A stretch of DNA of 64,000 bases from Candidatus Saccharimonadales bacterium (GTDB taxonomy: Bacteria; Patescibacteriota; Saccharimonadia; Saccharimonadales; JBBQAJ01): the NCBI GenBank assembly GCA_038206875.1, contig JBBRAK010000006.1, positions 253 to 64,252 on the forward strand, given 5' to 3'. Numbering within the stretch: position 1 is the first letter of the stretch; every line of letters starts with the position of its first letter. Shown piece by piece: positions 1 through 10,369 of the stretch. The notes beneath the pieces are model-generated. The model saw only the letters and a program-made list of their open reading frames with translations, was not told the origin of the DNA and made no database searches. A program made the translations under genes and the position numbers.

Positions 1-1786
1 CAGCCTTAACATTTGGATGCACCTTGTCCAGCAAACTTGGGATTAGGCTCATACGATAATACTGTAAATCTGGACTTATAGCGTTTTTTAGCTCAAAAGC
101 CATCTTGGAATCTTGACCTACTTTGTCTAACAATTTTCCGTGCACAAAACTGTACGTCAAAACTTCATTTGCACCACCTCTAGAAAGTATTTCACGGATT
201 TTCTGCTTGAACTCAAGTTCTGTGTCTTTTTTGGCGGGAGTTAGGTCTCTTTTTGGCAAAACTAGTGGCAAATGGTCGTAGCCATACAGCCGACCAATTT
301 CTTCTACAATGTCTTCTTGGATTTCTATGTCTGTTCGCCAGAATGGTGCAGATACCTTAAGTTCGTCTTTATTGTCTGTTCGCTCCACTACAAATTCGAC
401 GTTTTCGAGAAGATTTTGCATTTTGTCGGCTTGCATTTCTAGTCCCAGCCTAGCGTTTACGAACTCGGCACTAACTCGTAGCGCGCTGTTTTTGGATTTG
501 GCTTGATTATCGTCAAATACAGTAGAAGCTACCTTGCCACCAGCATGTGCGTAAATCTCGTCTACAATTTTGGCCAGCACCGCCAAATTCTGCTGGGAGC
601 TTTGACCTTTGTTGAACCTTGTGACTGCGTCTGTAAACAGACCATATTTCATACTAGTACGGCGTATGGCGTACATGTCAAAATTTGCACATTCAATCAC
701 AATGTTCGTAGTTGTTTCGTCGACTTCCGTATCAGCACCACCCATAACTCCGCCAATTCCAACTGGTTTGTCACCCGAAGCGATAAGGATAGTAGAACTA
801 TCTTCAAAAGTTATTTCTTTTCCATTTAGCAATTTGAGCTTTTCGCCCTTTTTCGAAACACGAGTTTCCAAACTATGGCTTGGCAATTTGTCGTAATCGT
901 ATGCGTGCAATGGTTGTCCAGTTTCTAGCATGAAAAAGTTTGTATAGTCCACAATGTTGTTGATAGATTTTTGACCAACTTTTGCCAGCTCTACTTGCAA
1001 CCAAGCGGGGCTAGATTCGACTTTAATTTTGCTCATGACAATTGCCGTGAACCTTTGTACAAGTTTTGGAATTGTGTTTTTTATCTTAAACGGCAGTGTA
1101 TTTGTTTCGTTTTTTGGAAAACTTGGTTTTTGAGTGTACCACTTGGGGCTTGTAAATTTCATACCCTGTATACCAGCAAGCTCCCTGGCAACTCCCAAAA
1201 ATCCAAAACAATCAGGTCTATGTGTGAACATTTTGTTTTCTATATCCACTATATGACCATCTAACCCATATGCCTTGGCAAAGTCAGTTCCAGGTTTAAA
1301 ATCTTCTGTAATTTCCAAAATACCGGAGTGATCATCGCTTAGAGCCAGTTCATGAGCGCTGGCTATCATACCATTGCTAACTTTTCCACGTAACTCCCGG
1401 GCTTCAAGTACAAATGGTTCTTTGTCATAGCTACTAGGAACAGTCGCACCTGGAAGGAGCCATGCCACCAACATCCCTGAGCGAACATTTGGCGCTCCAC
1501 AAACCACTTGCACGAGTCCATCTTTGTTTCTGTCAACTTTTTTGACAACTCCACCGTCATCCAGCAAACACAAACTTAACTTGTCAGCATTGGGATGTTT
1601 TTCACATGACACGACTTTGGCTATGACTATGCCTTTGTATTTTGGTCCTTGGTCTAGTACTTCCTCGACAGCGCCCAGTTGAGCGCCAATTTTTTCTACA
1701 AGTACGTCAATCCCGTTTGGCATAACCTCGCCAGCACAACCGTATCGTTTATTAAACCCACGAACCGATTCGATACTAATTTTCAT
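1..1786 (-). CDS. pheT: phenylalanine--tRNA ligase beta subunit (N-terminal part; gene runs off the window)
   Basis: Minus-strand frame is open from the ATG at 1786-1784 to the window edge. It is absent from the ORF track because no stop lies in the window. My translation starts MKISIESVRGFNKRYGCAGEV and contains KVVSCEKHPNADKLSLCLL, typical of the tRNA-binding domain. ATGA overlap with the pheS stop. Confidence 0.85.
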   Translation of the reverse strand, partial: MKISIESVRGFNKRYGCAGEVMPNGIDVLVEKIGAQLGAVEEVLDQGPKYKGIVIAKVVSCEKHPNADKLSLCLLDDGGVVKKVDRNKDGLVQVVCGAPNVRSGMLVAWLLPGATVPSSYDKEPFVLEARELRGKVSNGMIASAHELALSDDHSGILEITEDFKPGTDFAKAYGLDGHIVDIENKMFTHRPDCFGFLGVARELAGIQGMKFTSPKWYTQKPSFPKNETNTLPFKIKNTIPKLVQRFTAIVMSKIKVESSPAWLQVELAKVGQKSINNIVDYTNFFMLETGQPLHAYDYDKLPSHSLETRVSKKGEKLKLLNGKEITFEDSSTILIASGDKPVGIGGVMGGADTEVDETTTNIVIECANFDMYAIRRTSMKYGLFTDAVTRFNKGQSSQQNLAVLAKIVDEIYAHAGGKVASTVFDDNQAKSKNSALRVSAEFVNARLGLEMQADKMQNLLENVEFVVERTDNKDELKVSAPFWRTDIEIQEDIVEEIGRLYGYDHLPLVLPKRDLTPAKKDTELEFKQKIREILSRGGANEVLTYSFVHGKLLDKVGQDSKMAFELKNAISPDLQYYRMSLIPSLLDKVHPNVKA

Positions 1787-2817
1787 GGAAATTGCCTCAA
1801 AAATTCTAGTTTTCCAGAGTGAAAATTACGCACATCATCTATTTCGTGCTTTATCATGACAAGTCTATCGATACCTCCGCCCCATGCAAAACCAGAATAT
1901 TTCACTGGGTCAATGCCAGCCATTTTGAGTACATTGGGGTGAATCATGCCGCAACCAAGCAACTCTAGCCACCCTTCTCCACAAACTTGACAACCCGCCT
2001 TGTTGCAAAACGGACAAGCAATTGCAAACTCAAGACTTGGTTCGGTGAATGGGAAATAGAATGGCTGAGTTTTTACTTCCATTTTTTTGCCAAAATATTC
2101 TTCAAAAAAGGTTTGTAACACCGATATCAAATTTCCCACCGTGATACCTTCACCAACATATACGCCCTCAAGCTGATAAAAAGTGTGTTCATGTCGCGCG
2201 TCCACGTCTTCATTTCTATAGACCCTGCCCGGCACTACATATGCAATCGGCTCTCCATTTTCTAGTTTGGCTTTATCGGTTTTCAAAATTCGAGTTTGCA
2301 TGATGCTGGTGTGTGCCGGCGCGATTAAGCCTTCTGTAGTTATGAAGGTGTCGTATTCATCTCTAGCCGGGTGGTCGGTAGGAAAGTTCAGACTCGTAAA
2401 CATATGGTAGTCATCATCGATCTGGCGAGATTCGATGGCCTTGAACCCCATACGATAATATATATCCAATATGTTTTTAATCTCTGTCATAAGAGGATGT
2501 TGACTGCCAGTTTCTGCAGGTAAAAGTGTGGGTTTTTGACCTGCTGGCACATTCACATCAAATGGCGCAGTTACGTCAATCGGTGGCAAACTTTGAGTTG
2601 CTGACTGATGGCTATCAACCAAATCTTCCAGTTCTGCTTTGAGTTTGTTTATTTCTTTGCCAAACACTGAACGTTTTTCTTCTGGAAGATTTGGTATTTG
2701 TGAATATAGCGCTTTTAGTTCTACTGCCTTTAATATTTCAGCTTTGTTTTTGAGTTTATCTAGCCGAGTTTTCAGCAAATCAGCAACATCTTCAATATCT
2801 GGATTTGAATATCCCAT
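1783..2817 (-). CDS. pheS: phenylalanine--tRNA ligase alpha subunit
   Basis: 344 aa with class II aaRS motifs FPTDHPARD, YRNEDVDARHEHTFYQLEG and GFAWGGGIDRL. Sits directly upstream of pheT. Confidence 0.95.
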   Translation of the reverse strand: MGYSNPDIEDVADLLKTRLDKLKNKAEILKAVELKALYSQIPNLPEEKRSVFGKEINKLKAELEDLVDSHQSATQSLPPIDVTAPFDVNVPAGQKPTLLPAETGSQHPLMTEIKNILDIYYRMGFKAIESRQIDDDYHMFTSLNFPTDHPARDEYDTFITTEGLIAPAHTSIMQTRILKTDKAKLENGEPIAYVVPGRVYRNEDVDARHEHTFYQLEGVYVGEGITVGNLISVLQTFFEEYFGKKMEVKTQPFYFPFTEPSLEFAIACPFCNKAGCQVCGEGWLELLGCGMIHPNVLKMAGIDPVKYSGFAWGGGIDRLVMIKHEIDDVRNFHSGKLEFLRQFP

Positions 2818-2857
2818 AGTTATAACCAGTATATCATCTGTGGTAATCTAGTAATAT

Positions 2858-3355
2858 ATGGCAAATTTTTCGTTTGATATTGTTTCTGACTATGACAAAG
2901 CGGAGATGAATAATGTGTTTGACCAAACTCAGAGGGAAATGGCTAACCGTTATGATTTTAAAGGCACGCCTGCAGAAATTGACTGGTTGGACAGCGATAA
3001 AACTGGCATCAAAGTCACCGGGAGTGGTGACTGGCAAATAGATGCAATATTAGACATCGTGCGCAAAAAACTGGCCAGTCGTGGTCAGTCCCAGAAAGTC
3101 ATAGACACATCTAAAGAGCTAGTGGTGGCAAATCTAAAAACCACACAAGATGTACCTTTCAAAAAAGGCCTAAACCAAGAAAACGCCAAAAAAATCACAG
3201 CGCTAATTAGGGACAGCAATTCAAAAGCAAAAACCCAAATCCAGGGCGACGAAGTACGTGTTACCAGCAATAGCAAAAATGAGCTACAAGAAGTTATGCA
3301 ACTTATCAAATCACAAGACTTCGACTTCCCTTTAAGTTTTACAAATTACCGATAA
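2858..3355 (+). CDS. yajQ: YajQ/UPF0234 family nucleotide-binding protein
   Basis: 165 aa. The N-terminus MANFSFDIVSDYDKAEMNNVFDQTQREMANRYDFKG is characteristic of the YajQ family. Confidence 0.85.
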   Translation: MANFSFDIVSDYDKAEMNNVFDQTQREMANRYDFKGTPAEIDWLDSDKTGIKVTGSGDWQIDAILDIVRKKLASRGQSQKVIDTSKELVVANLKTTQDVPFKKGLNQENAKKITALIRDSNSKAKTQIQGDEVRVTSNSKNELQEVMQLIKSQDFDFPLSFTNYR

Positions 3356-3357
3356 TC

Positions 3358-3984
3358 CTATCCCAGAAAACGTACTTCGTGACGCGCCTGAAAATCCCGA
3401 GGACTTATAAGTGGGAACACGCTAAAAAGCCTATTCCTTCTGTCTCGAACGCGTATCGCACCTCCGTAGCCCGTGCTAAGTTGTACTTCTTCGAGGGTTC
3501 CTTGGACTGAAGTTTTAGCTCCTTTGCCAGTTGTTGCCAGCCCGGTTTGTGAGTCCCTCAAGCGTAGAATACCGTCTTTTATTAATGAAGTTACCTCAAC
3601 AATGTCACCGATTGGCCATGCTGATTCCAGCTGAGTCGCTCGATTAACCAGACTGCCTTTTGCAATCTCGGCTTCCGCTCGCCGTGCCCGAGCTGAAGCG
3701 TAAGTATCAAAATAATGCTTCATTTGTGGCATTACCTCAGGAGAAGGTCGCTGTAATTCACCTAAAGCAGTATATCCAAGTTCGTGAGTATTACTTTCTG
3801 CAACCGTGATGATTTCTTTTCTGACACGATTCGCCTCAACCTTTAGATCAGATGCTTCTGCCATTAGGTCCGACGCCACCTGACCAGCCTCAGCGTGTCC
3901 TCGCATTAAACTCGCGAACTCGTACAAAACAGCACCCCCCAAGGCTTCTCTGCCGAGTTGTGCTTCTCCGACTGGCAAGCTCAT
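3358..3984 (-). CDS. hypothetical protein (no recognisable domain)
   Basis: 208-aa ORF, visibly more GC-rich than its surroundings. Convergent with yajQ, 3 nt apart. I recognise no motif. Confidence 0.5.
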   Translation of the reverse strand: MSLPVGEAQLGREALGGAVLYEFASLMRGHAEAGQVASDLMAEASDLKVEANRVRKEIITVAESNTHELGYTALGELQRPSPEVMPQMKHYFDTYASARARRAEAEIAKGSLVNRATQLESAWPIGDIVEVTSLIKDGILRLRDSQTGLATTGKGAKTSVQGTLEEVQLSTGYGGAIRVRDRRNRLFSVFPLISPRDFQARHEVRFLG

Positions 3985-4077
3985 TGTCTCTCCTTCGTTT
4001 TCTAAAATTCAGTTTACTCTTCTTAACTCTAAAGACAAGCATGAGCGCAAGACAAAGCTTGCGGTATACTTAAGTCT

Positions 4078-5427
4078 ATGGATGAGCAGTTAGATGACCA
4101 GCCAGAGGTAAAACCGGATGTTTTGGAGCAGGCCAAAGCGGTTCTGGAAATGAACGACCAAGGCTCCTACACTGTACCGGCACCGGATTTATACCCCCAT
4201 CAATGGCTCTGGGACAGTTGTTTTATAGCGATAGGCCTGCGCCACATGGACATTGACCGCGCAAAAACAGAGATTCTGAGCTTATTACGTGGTCAATGGC
4301 ACAACGGTATGTTACCAAATGTGATTTTGTTGGGTAAGCGAAAATACCGACGAGACAGGGACATATGGCGGAGTTGGTCCAACCCCAATTCCCCCGACGA
4401 AGTGTCAACCAGTGGAATCACACAACCGCCTATGCTCGCGGAAGCTGTCGTAAGGGTGGGAGAAAGACTCAAAAAACCCGAACGTCGTAGCTGGTATAAG
4501 CAAACCTATCCGGCTCTACTGGCTCACCATAAGTGGCTATACGCCGAACGTGACCCTCACGACGAAGGATTAGTACTACAAATTCATCCATGGGAATCAG
4601 GACTGGATAATTCACCCCCCTGGATGAACGAACTTCACGAACATCAGCTGGCGGTCTGGGTAACCGTGGTTAAAAAACTCAAGGCAGGTTGGTTAATCAA
4701 CCTTTTTCGCCGGGATACTAAAATGATCCCAGCCGAAGAACGGCTTGATATTATCGACGCTCTGGCACTTTATAGCACCCAGCGGCGTTTACGCCGAAAA
4801 GCTTACGATATTGACAAAATACTTTCCCATTCACTCTTTGCTGTAGAAGACCTTAGCTTTAATTGTATATTTATTCGCGCCAATCAACATTTGCGTGAGA
4901 TTGCCAAGTTTCTAAATAAAGAACTGCCAGATGAATTACTAAAATCAATGACCAAAACAGAAAAAGCTCTTGAGCAACTTTGGGATCCATATTCTGGCCA
5001 ATACTACTCAAGAAATTTCGTCACACACAACCTGTTAAAAGAACCAACTATTGCCACCCTACTGCCTTTGTACGCAGGCACAATTAGTAAGACCAAGGCC
5101 GACCAGTTGGTCCGTTTGCTAGAAAACCAGCACGTTTTTGGCGCCCACTTCCCCGTGCCGAGCGTACCTATTAATTCTCCTTGGTTTCGGCACCACACAT
5201 ACTGGCAAGGTCCAACTTGGGTAAACACAAACTGGCTTGTCATTGATGGTCTCCGACGAATGGGCTACGAAGACCACGCAGTAGCCCTAACAGAATCAAC
5301 CCTAGACATGGTAAAACAAGCTGGATGCTATGAATATTTCAGTCCCGTGGACGGTTCCCCGGCAGGTGCACCAAACTTCTCCTGGACCGCGGCTTTAACT
5401 ATTGATTTACTGAAAAACAGTGCCTAG
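4078..5427 (+). CDS. six-hairpin (alpha/alpha)6 glycoside hydrolase, GH63 / mannosylglycerate-glucosylglycerate hydrolase-like
   Basis: 449 aa with HQWLWDSCFIAIGL, GITQPPMLAEAV, HPWESGLDNSPPW, YWQGPTWVNTNWL and a C-terminal NFSWTAAL. This pattern is typical of GH63/GH37-like enzymes. Confidence 0.6.
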   Translation: MDEQLDDQPEVKPDVLEQAKAVLEMNDQGSYTVPAPDLYPHQWLWDSCFIAIGLRHMDIDRAKTEILSLLRGQWHNGMLPNVILLGKRKYRRDRDIWRSWSNPNSPDEVSTSGITQPPMLAEAVVRVGERLKKPERRSWYKQTYPALLAHHKWLYAERDPHDEGLVLQIHPWESGLDNSPPWMNELHEHQLAVWVTVVKKLKAGWLINLFRRDTKMIPAEERLDIIDALALYSTQRRLRRKAYDIDKILSHSLFAVEDLSFNCIFIRANQHLREIAKFLNKELPDELLKSMTKTEKALEQLWDPYSGQYYSRNFVTHNLLKEPTIATLLPLYAGTISKTKADQLVRLLENQHVFGAHFPVPSVPINSPWFRHHTYWQGPTWVNTNWLVIDGLRRMGYEDHAVALTESTLDMVKQAGCYEYFSPVDGSPAGAPNFSWTAALTIDLLKNSA

Positions 5428-6485
5428 TCGTCTAGTTCGGGGTTAGGTTTGTTGATAAGTAGTGGTTCAATCTCTGTATTTCCGCCGGCAATTTTTACCA
5501 CATCTTTGTCGACCTTTCCGAGTTCTTTGTGAGCGTTATTAAAATGCCCTACTGTGGAACCTAGGCTGTTACCGACTTTTTGCATGTAGCCGTCAAAACC
5601 TCGCAAATGTTTGCCCAATTGTTCTACGTTTTTGCGAATCACTTCTGTGTCTTTTTGAATCTCTAAACTATTTAGGCCTTGCGAAATTATTTGGAGCATG
5701 GCAGAAAGCGTACTCGGGCCAACTATTGTCACTCGCTTATCAACAGCGGCGTACTGCATCAGGTCACGACCATTTACTCCCCCGGCCCCTACTTTGTTTG
5801 CCAACAAATCGTAGTAAATAGCTTCACTGGGGATGAACATGAGCGCTTGTTCTAATGTTCCTTTTTTTGGTTGTATGTATTTGGCAGTTTCATCTATACG
5901 CTTTTTGAGATCTTCTTTGAACGCTTTTTCTAAAGCTGGCCTGGAGTCTGCCTTGGCTTCTACTAAACGGTTATAATTTTCCAAACTGAATTTACTATCT
6001 ATTGGAAGTATCTTGTCATCTAGTCGAATAATCGCGTCGACTATCAGGCCTTCGCCCATTTTGTATTGAAGATCATATGCTCCTGGTGGCAACATATTCT
6101 CCAGAATTTGTTTCAGATAAAATTCACCCAAAACACCTCTTTGTTTGGGGTTTTGAAGTACATTTTGAAGTGACTTTAACTCACCAGCAATATCGCCTAC
6201 CTGTTGGTTGGTTTTTTCGAGTGATGTAAGTTTTTCTGTTATGTTTTTGATGACGTTTTGAGTGTTTAGGGATTGTTTTAGCATTTGGTCATTGTTTTTG
6301 TCCAAACGCTCACTTAATTCTTTTTGTAGATTGTCTTTTAAGTTCGTGACACTGGCTGTCAAATTCGTCAAATCCTGTTTGAGCAATAACGCTGCATCAG
6401 AATTTGACTGCGGATTTATTTTTCGAAGTAGTAAAACTCCCAATATCAAAACCACTACACCCAATACAATAGTTAAAGCCAGCAT
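5424..6485 (-). CDS. rmuC: DNA recombination protein RmuC
   Basis: 353 aa. N-terminal TM helix, long coiled-coil, then an RmuC-type nuclease region (FIPSEAIYYDLL, VTIVGPSTLSAMLQIISQG). Confidence 0.85.
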   Translation of the reverse strand: MLALTIVLGVVVLILGVLLLRKINPQSNSDAALLLKQDLTNLTASVTNLKDNLQKELSERLDKNNDQMLKQSLNTQNVIKNITEKLTSLEKTNQQVGDIAGELKSLQNVLQNPKQRGVLGEFYLKQILENMLPPGAYDLQYKMGEGLIVDAIIRLDDKILPIDSKFSLENYNRLVEAKADSRPALEKAFKEDLKKRIDETAKYIQPKKGTLEQALMFIPSEAIYYDLLANKVGAGGVNGRDLMQYAAVDKRVTIVGPSTLSAMLQIISQGLNSLEIQKDTEVIRKNVEQLGKHLRGFDGYMQKVGNSLGSTVGHFNNAHKELGKVDKDVVKIAGGNTEIEPLLINKPNPELDD

Positions 6486-6502
6486 GCATGTATTATATCA
6501 GG

Positions 6503-7267
6503 CTACTTAACTATGAGGTGCGCCAGCTGTATGGAAATAGACACCACTACTACGCCCAGCAAGAGGAGTAAGGGCTGGAGTTCAAATAAACGTTTATTAG
6601 ACGCTTTTTCATGTATTTCTGGGATTAGGTCACTGGTAGCAATATAAAGCAAAAAACCCGCGCTTATCCCAATAAGTACACCCAGTGGCAATTTGCTCTG
6701 GCTACCAAGCGCAAATGTTATCACTGCCATTACAGTTGTTGCCAGTGCGCTGATTACATTCACCCATAAGACTTTGCTTCGACTCATCCCCTTGCCCAGT
6801 AGCAGGCCAAAGTCACCTATTTCTTGTGGTATTTCATGCGCGGCCACTGCAATGGTTGTAACAATTCCAGTAGGAATACTTATCAAAAAAGCGGCGGCGA
6901 TTGCTACTCCGTCTAGCGCATTATGGATTGTGTCTCCAACAACTATCAGACTGATGGTTGGATCACTATGTCCTTTTTCTTTGTGCTGATGGTGGTGGTG
7001 AAACCAATGCAAAAACCGTTCTGCAAAAAAGAATGTAACTAGCCCTATCATGGTTGACATGAGCACCGTGTTTACACTTGCCTCTTCCAGGCCGTCCTTT
7101 AACAAATCCATAAATACCGCCGCCAGAAGTGCCCCGGCCGCAAACGGAGTTGCATACGCTGCTAGATTTTCTGCAAGATTTTTGCGACTGAGCATCAGAA
7201 TTCCACCAATAAGTGAAAAAACTCCCCCAACCAATGAATAAAATATTACATACCAATAATTTGCCAT
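6503..7267 (-). CDS. ZIP family divalent metal transporter
   Basis: 254 aa and multi-TM. His-rich loop HWFHHHHQHKEKGH and ZIP signature HEIPQEIGDFGLL. Confidence 0.85.
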   Translation of the reverse strand: MANYWYVIFYSLVGGVFSLIGGILMLSRKNLAENLAAYATPFAAGALLAAVFMDLLKDGLEEASVNTVLMSTMIGLVTFFFAERFLHWFHHHHQHKEKGHSDPTISLIVVGDTIHNALDGVAIAAAFLISIPTGIVTTIAVAAHEIPQEIGDFGLLLGKGMSRSKVLWVNVISALATTVMAVITFALGSQSKLPLGVLIGISAGFLLYIATSDLIPEIHEKASNKRLFELQPLLLLLGVVVVSISIQLAHLIVK

Positions 7268-7483
7268 CGTTTCCTCATGTTTTCATTGATTAGTATATCT
7301 GACTTTCAGTTATATTCGTATATATACATAGACCCCAGTAAAAAACCAGGGTCTGTGGAAGCCTCACACTTCCACTTATAGCTTATGCCTTGATTTGACG
7401 TTTTGCAAGTCTGTGGTGACACTTCTCACCTCCATTAAACAGTAGGTTTTGCTGAGTGATTTTTATCACATTTTACATAGAAT

Positions 7484-8047
7484 TTATTTTTTCTGATTGG
7501 CTGTAGCAGTGCCGTCTGCATTTATGCAGAAGGGTTCTAGCTCTGCAGGAATGTTATATTTTTCTACAACCGAACAGTGTGGCAACGCACCATGCGTAGG
7601 ATCAACGCCATCTTTAAAAGGTGCAAAATATTCAGCTGGCTCTAACAGTTGCCATTTCCCTTGTTGTTTTACTGCCATAACGTAGCTAGATAGATTCCAC
7701 GAACAGCCGTAAGCGATTTTGGCGTATTGTTTTTTGGATACCTGGTACACGCCCCACAGCCCCACCCCCCTGGGTGTATCTGTACCACGATATGATTCAC
7801 AATCCCTTTTTGTGGCCAAATACTTACGTAAAGCTTTGGGGACTTTAACTGTATTATCCGCTGCCCATACAAGGTTTGATGGTCTACGACTACTCGACAA
7901 AAAACTTACCAAGCTGGCTCCGACTACCAAACCAAACAAGCCAGCCAATAATGGTATCGCAATACTAGCCAACTTCTTGCGGTCTTTTTTGGACAGTTTT
8001 AGTTTGAACCGTTTCTTCTTCGCCATGATAGTGCTTATGTATACCAT
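7484..8047 (-). CDS. hypothetical membrane-anchored protein
   Basis: 187-aa ORF with a basic N-terminus (MAKKKRFKLKLSKKDRKK), one TM helix and a Cys-containing extracytoplasmic domain. The start is possibly at 8026 (second Met). Confidence 0.5.
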   Translation of the reverse strand: MVYISTIMAKKKRFKLKLSKKDRKKLASIAIPLLAGLFGLVVGASLVSFLSSSRRPSNLVWAADNTVKVPKALRKYLATKRDCESYRGTDTPRGVGLWGVYQVSKKQYAKIAYGCSWNLSSYVMAVKQQGKWQLLEPAEYFAPFKDGVDPTHGALPHCSVVEKYNIPAELEPFCINADGTATANQKK

Positions 8048-8118
8048 AAAATCATATCATAGAAGTTGACGTAAATTGTTGCTATATATCCAGTTTAGAA
8101 TTAAACTTTAAGCAATTC

Positions 8119-9129
8119 ATGGGTGACTTTGTTCTGATTTTTCAAGTTTTATTTTTGCTAACTTTTTCGGCCATTTGCTCGGGGCTAAATGTCGGTATCA
8201 TGTCGCTCCAGCCGGCAGACCTGAAACGCAAAGCAAAACTTGGTGACAAACGGGCAAAGCGCGTATTGCCATATAGAAAAAACAGTCATTTAACTATATC
8301 TGGAATTGTTTTTACGAACGTTGCGTTGATTTCTGCCAACGCATTGGTTATAGATACACGATTAAATGGATTCGCTGCTGGGCTTTTAAGCACACTTTTA
8401 ATTGTGGTGTTTGCAGAAGTATTGCCTCAAGCATGGTTTTCTCGGTATGCACTTAGTTTTTGTTCTAGATTCGCATGGTTACTCAGATTAATGATAATCG
8501 TTAGCTACCCTATATCTAAGCCACTACAAATTTTGATGGACAAAATCTTGGGTCACGAACAAATGCTACTGCACACTAGGGGTGAACTTGGGATTTTGAT
8601 AGGCGAACACTTATTACCTGGCGCGAGCGAGCTTGACGAAGATGAAGTCGAAATCATGAAAGGCGCATTGAGTCTAAGTACAAAACAGGTAAGCAGTATA
8701 ATGACCCCAATTGAAGAAGTGTATTGGCTAACCCTTAATACCTTGGTCGATGGTGGTAAAATAAACGAAATAAAAGCAAACGGCTGGAGTCGAATCCCTA
8801 TTTTCGACATGGACGAGGCAAAGTTTCATGGGATTCTGCTCATGAAAGACTTGGTTGATGTAGATTTTGACGAAGAACCCATATATGTGGAAGATTTGCC
8901 GTTACATAAAAGCGCGGTCGTAAACGGACAAACAGCTCTGGACACTATGTTTCGGAAATTTATTGCTGCTAAAACTCATCTAATCCCCGTTGTTATTAAT
9001 AGCAAAATTATTGGAATCGTGACAATTGAGGACTTGTTGGAAGAAATTCTGGGTCATGAAATCGAAGACGAATCCGATACATCTAGAAATATTCAAAAAA
9101 ACGAGGCTGTTCATGAAAACGCCAGCTGA
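8119..9129 (+). CDS. CNNM/DUF21 transmembrane domain + CBS-pair protein (CorC/TlyC-like)
   Basis: 336 aa. A four-TM N-terminal DUF21-like region is followed by two CBS-like repeats (VSSIMTPIEEV ... IIGIVTIEDLLEEILG). Confidence 0.75.
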   Translation: MGDFVLIFQVLFLLTFSAICSGLNVGIMSLQPADLKRKAKLGDKRAKRVLPYRKNSHLTISGIVFTNVALISANALVIDTRLNGFAAGLLSTLLIVVFAEVLPQAWFSRYALSFCSRFAWLLRLMIIVSYPISKPLQILMDKILGHEQMLLHTRGELGILIGEHLLPGASELDEDEVEIMKGALSLSTKQVSSIMTPIEEVYWLTLNTLVDGGKINEIKANGWSRIPIFDMDEAKFHGILLMKDLVDVDFDEEPIYVEDLPLHKSAVVNGQTALDTMFRKFIAAKTHLIPVVINSKIIGIVTIEDLLEEILGHEIEDESDTSRNIQKNEAVHENAS

Positions 9130-10369
9130 ACAAATTCTCAAAACTTATGTAACGCTTACACTACTGTCAACTTTTGCGTCTTCGTTTATCTGGGGAATCA
9201 ATACTTTGTTTTTACTTGATGCGGGGCTCAGTATCACAGCTGCGTTTGCTGCGAACGCTTTTTTTACAGTTGGTCAAGTAATATTTGAAGTACCGACAGG
9301 AGTAGTGGCAGATACTTTGGGCAGACGGGCATCTTATTTGATGGGGTCGGCAACTTTGTTTATATCGACAATTCTCTACTTGTGGCTTTGGAATATACAT
9401 GGCCCTTTTTGGGCCTGGGCTCTAGTATCAATGCTACTCGGGCTAGGATTTACTTTTTTTTCTGGTGCGACCGAAGCTTGGTTAGTAGATGGGCTAAACC
9501 ACTATAATCACACAGGGACTCTGGAGCAGGCGTTTGCAAAAGGGCAAATTGCAAGTGGGGTTGCCATGCTGACTGGCACAGTAGCCGGAGGCGTAATCGC
9601 TCAATTTACAAATTTGGGGGTTCCATACGTTTTACGGGCGCTCATGCTAGTGATAACTTTTGTAGTGGCTTGGCAACTTATGCATGACGAAGGTTTTACG
9701 CCCAGAAAAACTGCCAATGTTTTTAATGAAATGAAAAAAATACTCAGCACTTCGTTGGATCACGGTTTGCGCAATCCTCCAGTCCGTTGGGTTATGTTAG
9801 CCGCTCCGTTTAGTGCTGGTGTTGGCTTTTATGCTTTTTACGCCATGCAACCTTACTTGCTTGAGTTGTATGGTAAATCCGGCTCTTATGCCCTAGCAGG
9901 ACTAGCGGCTGCAATTGTGGCTGGCGCCCAAGTGATAGGAGGCTACCTGGTTCCATATATACGCAAAATATTTCATAAACGAACTTCTGTATTGCTGAGC
10001 GGTGCAGTTCTAAGCTCTTTATCTCTAGTGGGCATTGGTATTACGGGAAGTTTTTGGGTTGCGCTGGCGGTTTTAGTAATATGGGCGATTGTGTTTGCCT
10101 CGGTTATGCCAGTTAGGCAAGCGTATTTGAACCATCTTATACCGTCTGCTCAAAGAGCTACTGTTTTGTCTTCTGATAATCTTTTGGGGTCAACGGGTGG
10201 TGTAGTAATCCAACCGGGCTTAGGCAAAGTTGCAGATGTTTGGGGCTATGGTGCATCTTACGTAGTCGGAGCAACTATTCAGCTTATGGCGTTGCCATTT
10301 TTGTTTTTGGCGAAAAAACAACATGTACCTGCCGACGACATGCCGACATCATCCAAATCTGTTAAATAA
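9113..10369 (+). CDS. MFS transporter
   Basis: 12-TM-like protein with the MFS loop motif GVVADTLGRRASYL. I moved the start to the ATG at 9113 (MKTPAEQ), which has GAGG 6 nt upstream. The longer ORF from 9026 overlaps the previous gene by 100 nt. Confidence 0.8.
   Translation: MKTPAEQILKTYVTLTLLSTFASSFIWGINTLFLLDAGLSITAAFAANAFFTVGQVIFEVPTGVVADTLGRRASYLMGSATLFISTILYLWLWNIHGPFWAWALVSMLLGLGFTFFSGATEAWLVDGLNHYNHTGTLEQAFAKGQIASGVAMLTGTVAGGVIAQFTNLGVPYVLRALMLVITFVVAWQLMHDEGFTPRKTANVFNEMKKILSTSLDHGLRNPPVRWVMLAAPFSAGVGFYAFYAMQPYLLELYGKSGSYALAGLAAAIVAGAQVIGGYLVPYIRKIFHKRTSVLLSGAVLSSLSLVGIGITGSFWVALAVLVIWAIVFASVMPVRQAYLNHLIPSAQRATVLSSDNLLGSTGGVVIQPGLGKVADVWGYGASYVVGATIQLMALPFLFLAKKQHVPADDMPTSSKSVK

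Noticed and set aside
7330-7375. Tandem hairpins (AGACCC/GGGTCT and GTGGAAG/CTTCCAC) in the leader of the ZIP transporter, considered as a metal riboswitch
   Set aside because: I see no resemblance to the metal-sensing riboswitch cores I know (NiCo, yybP-ykoY). They are most simply terminator structures for the upstream gene 7484..8047.
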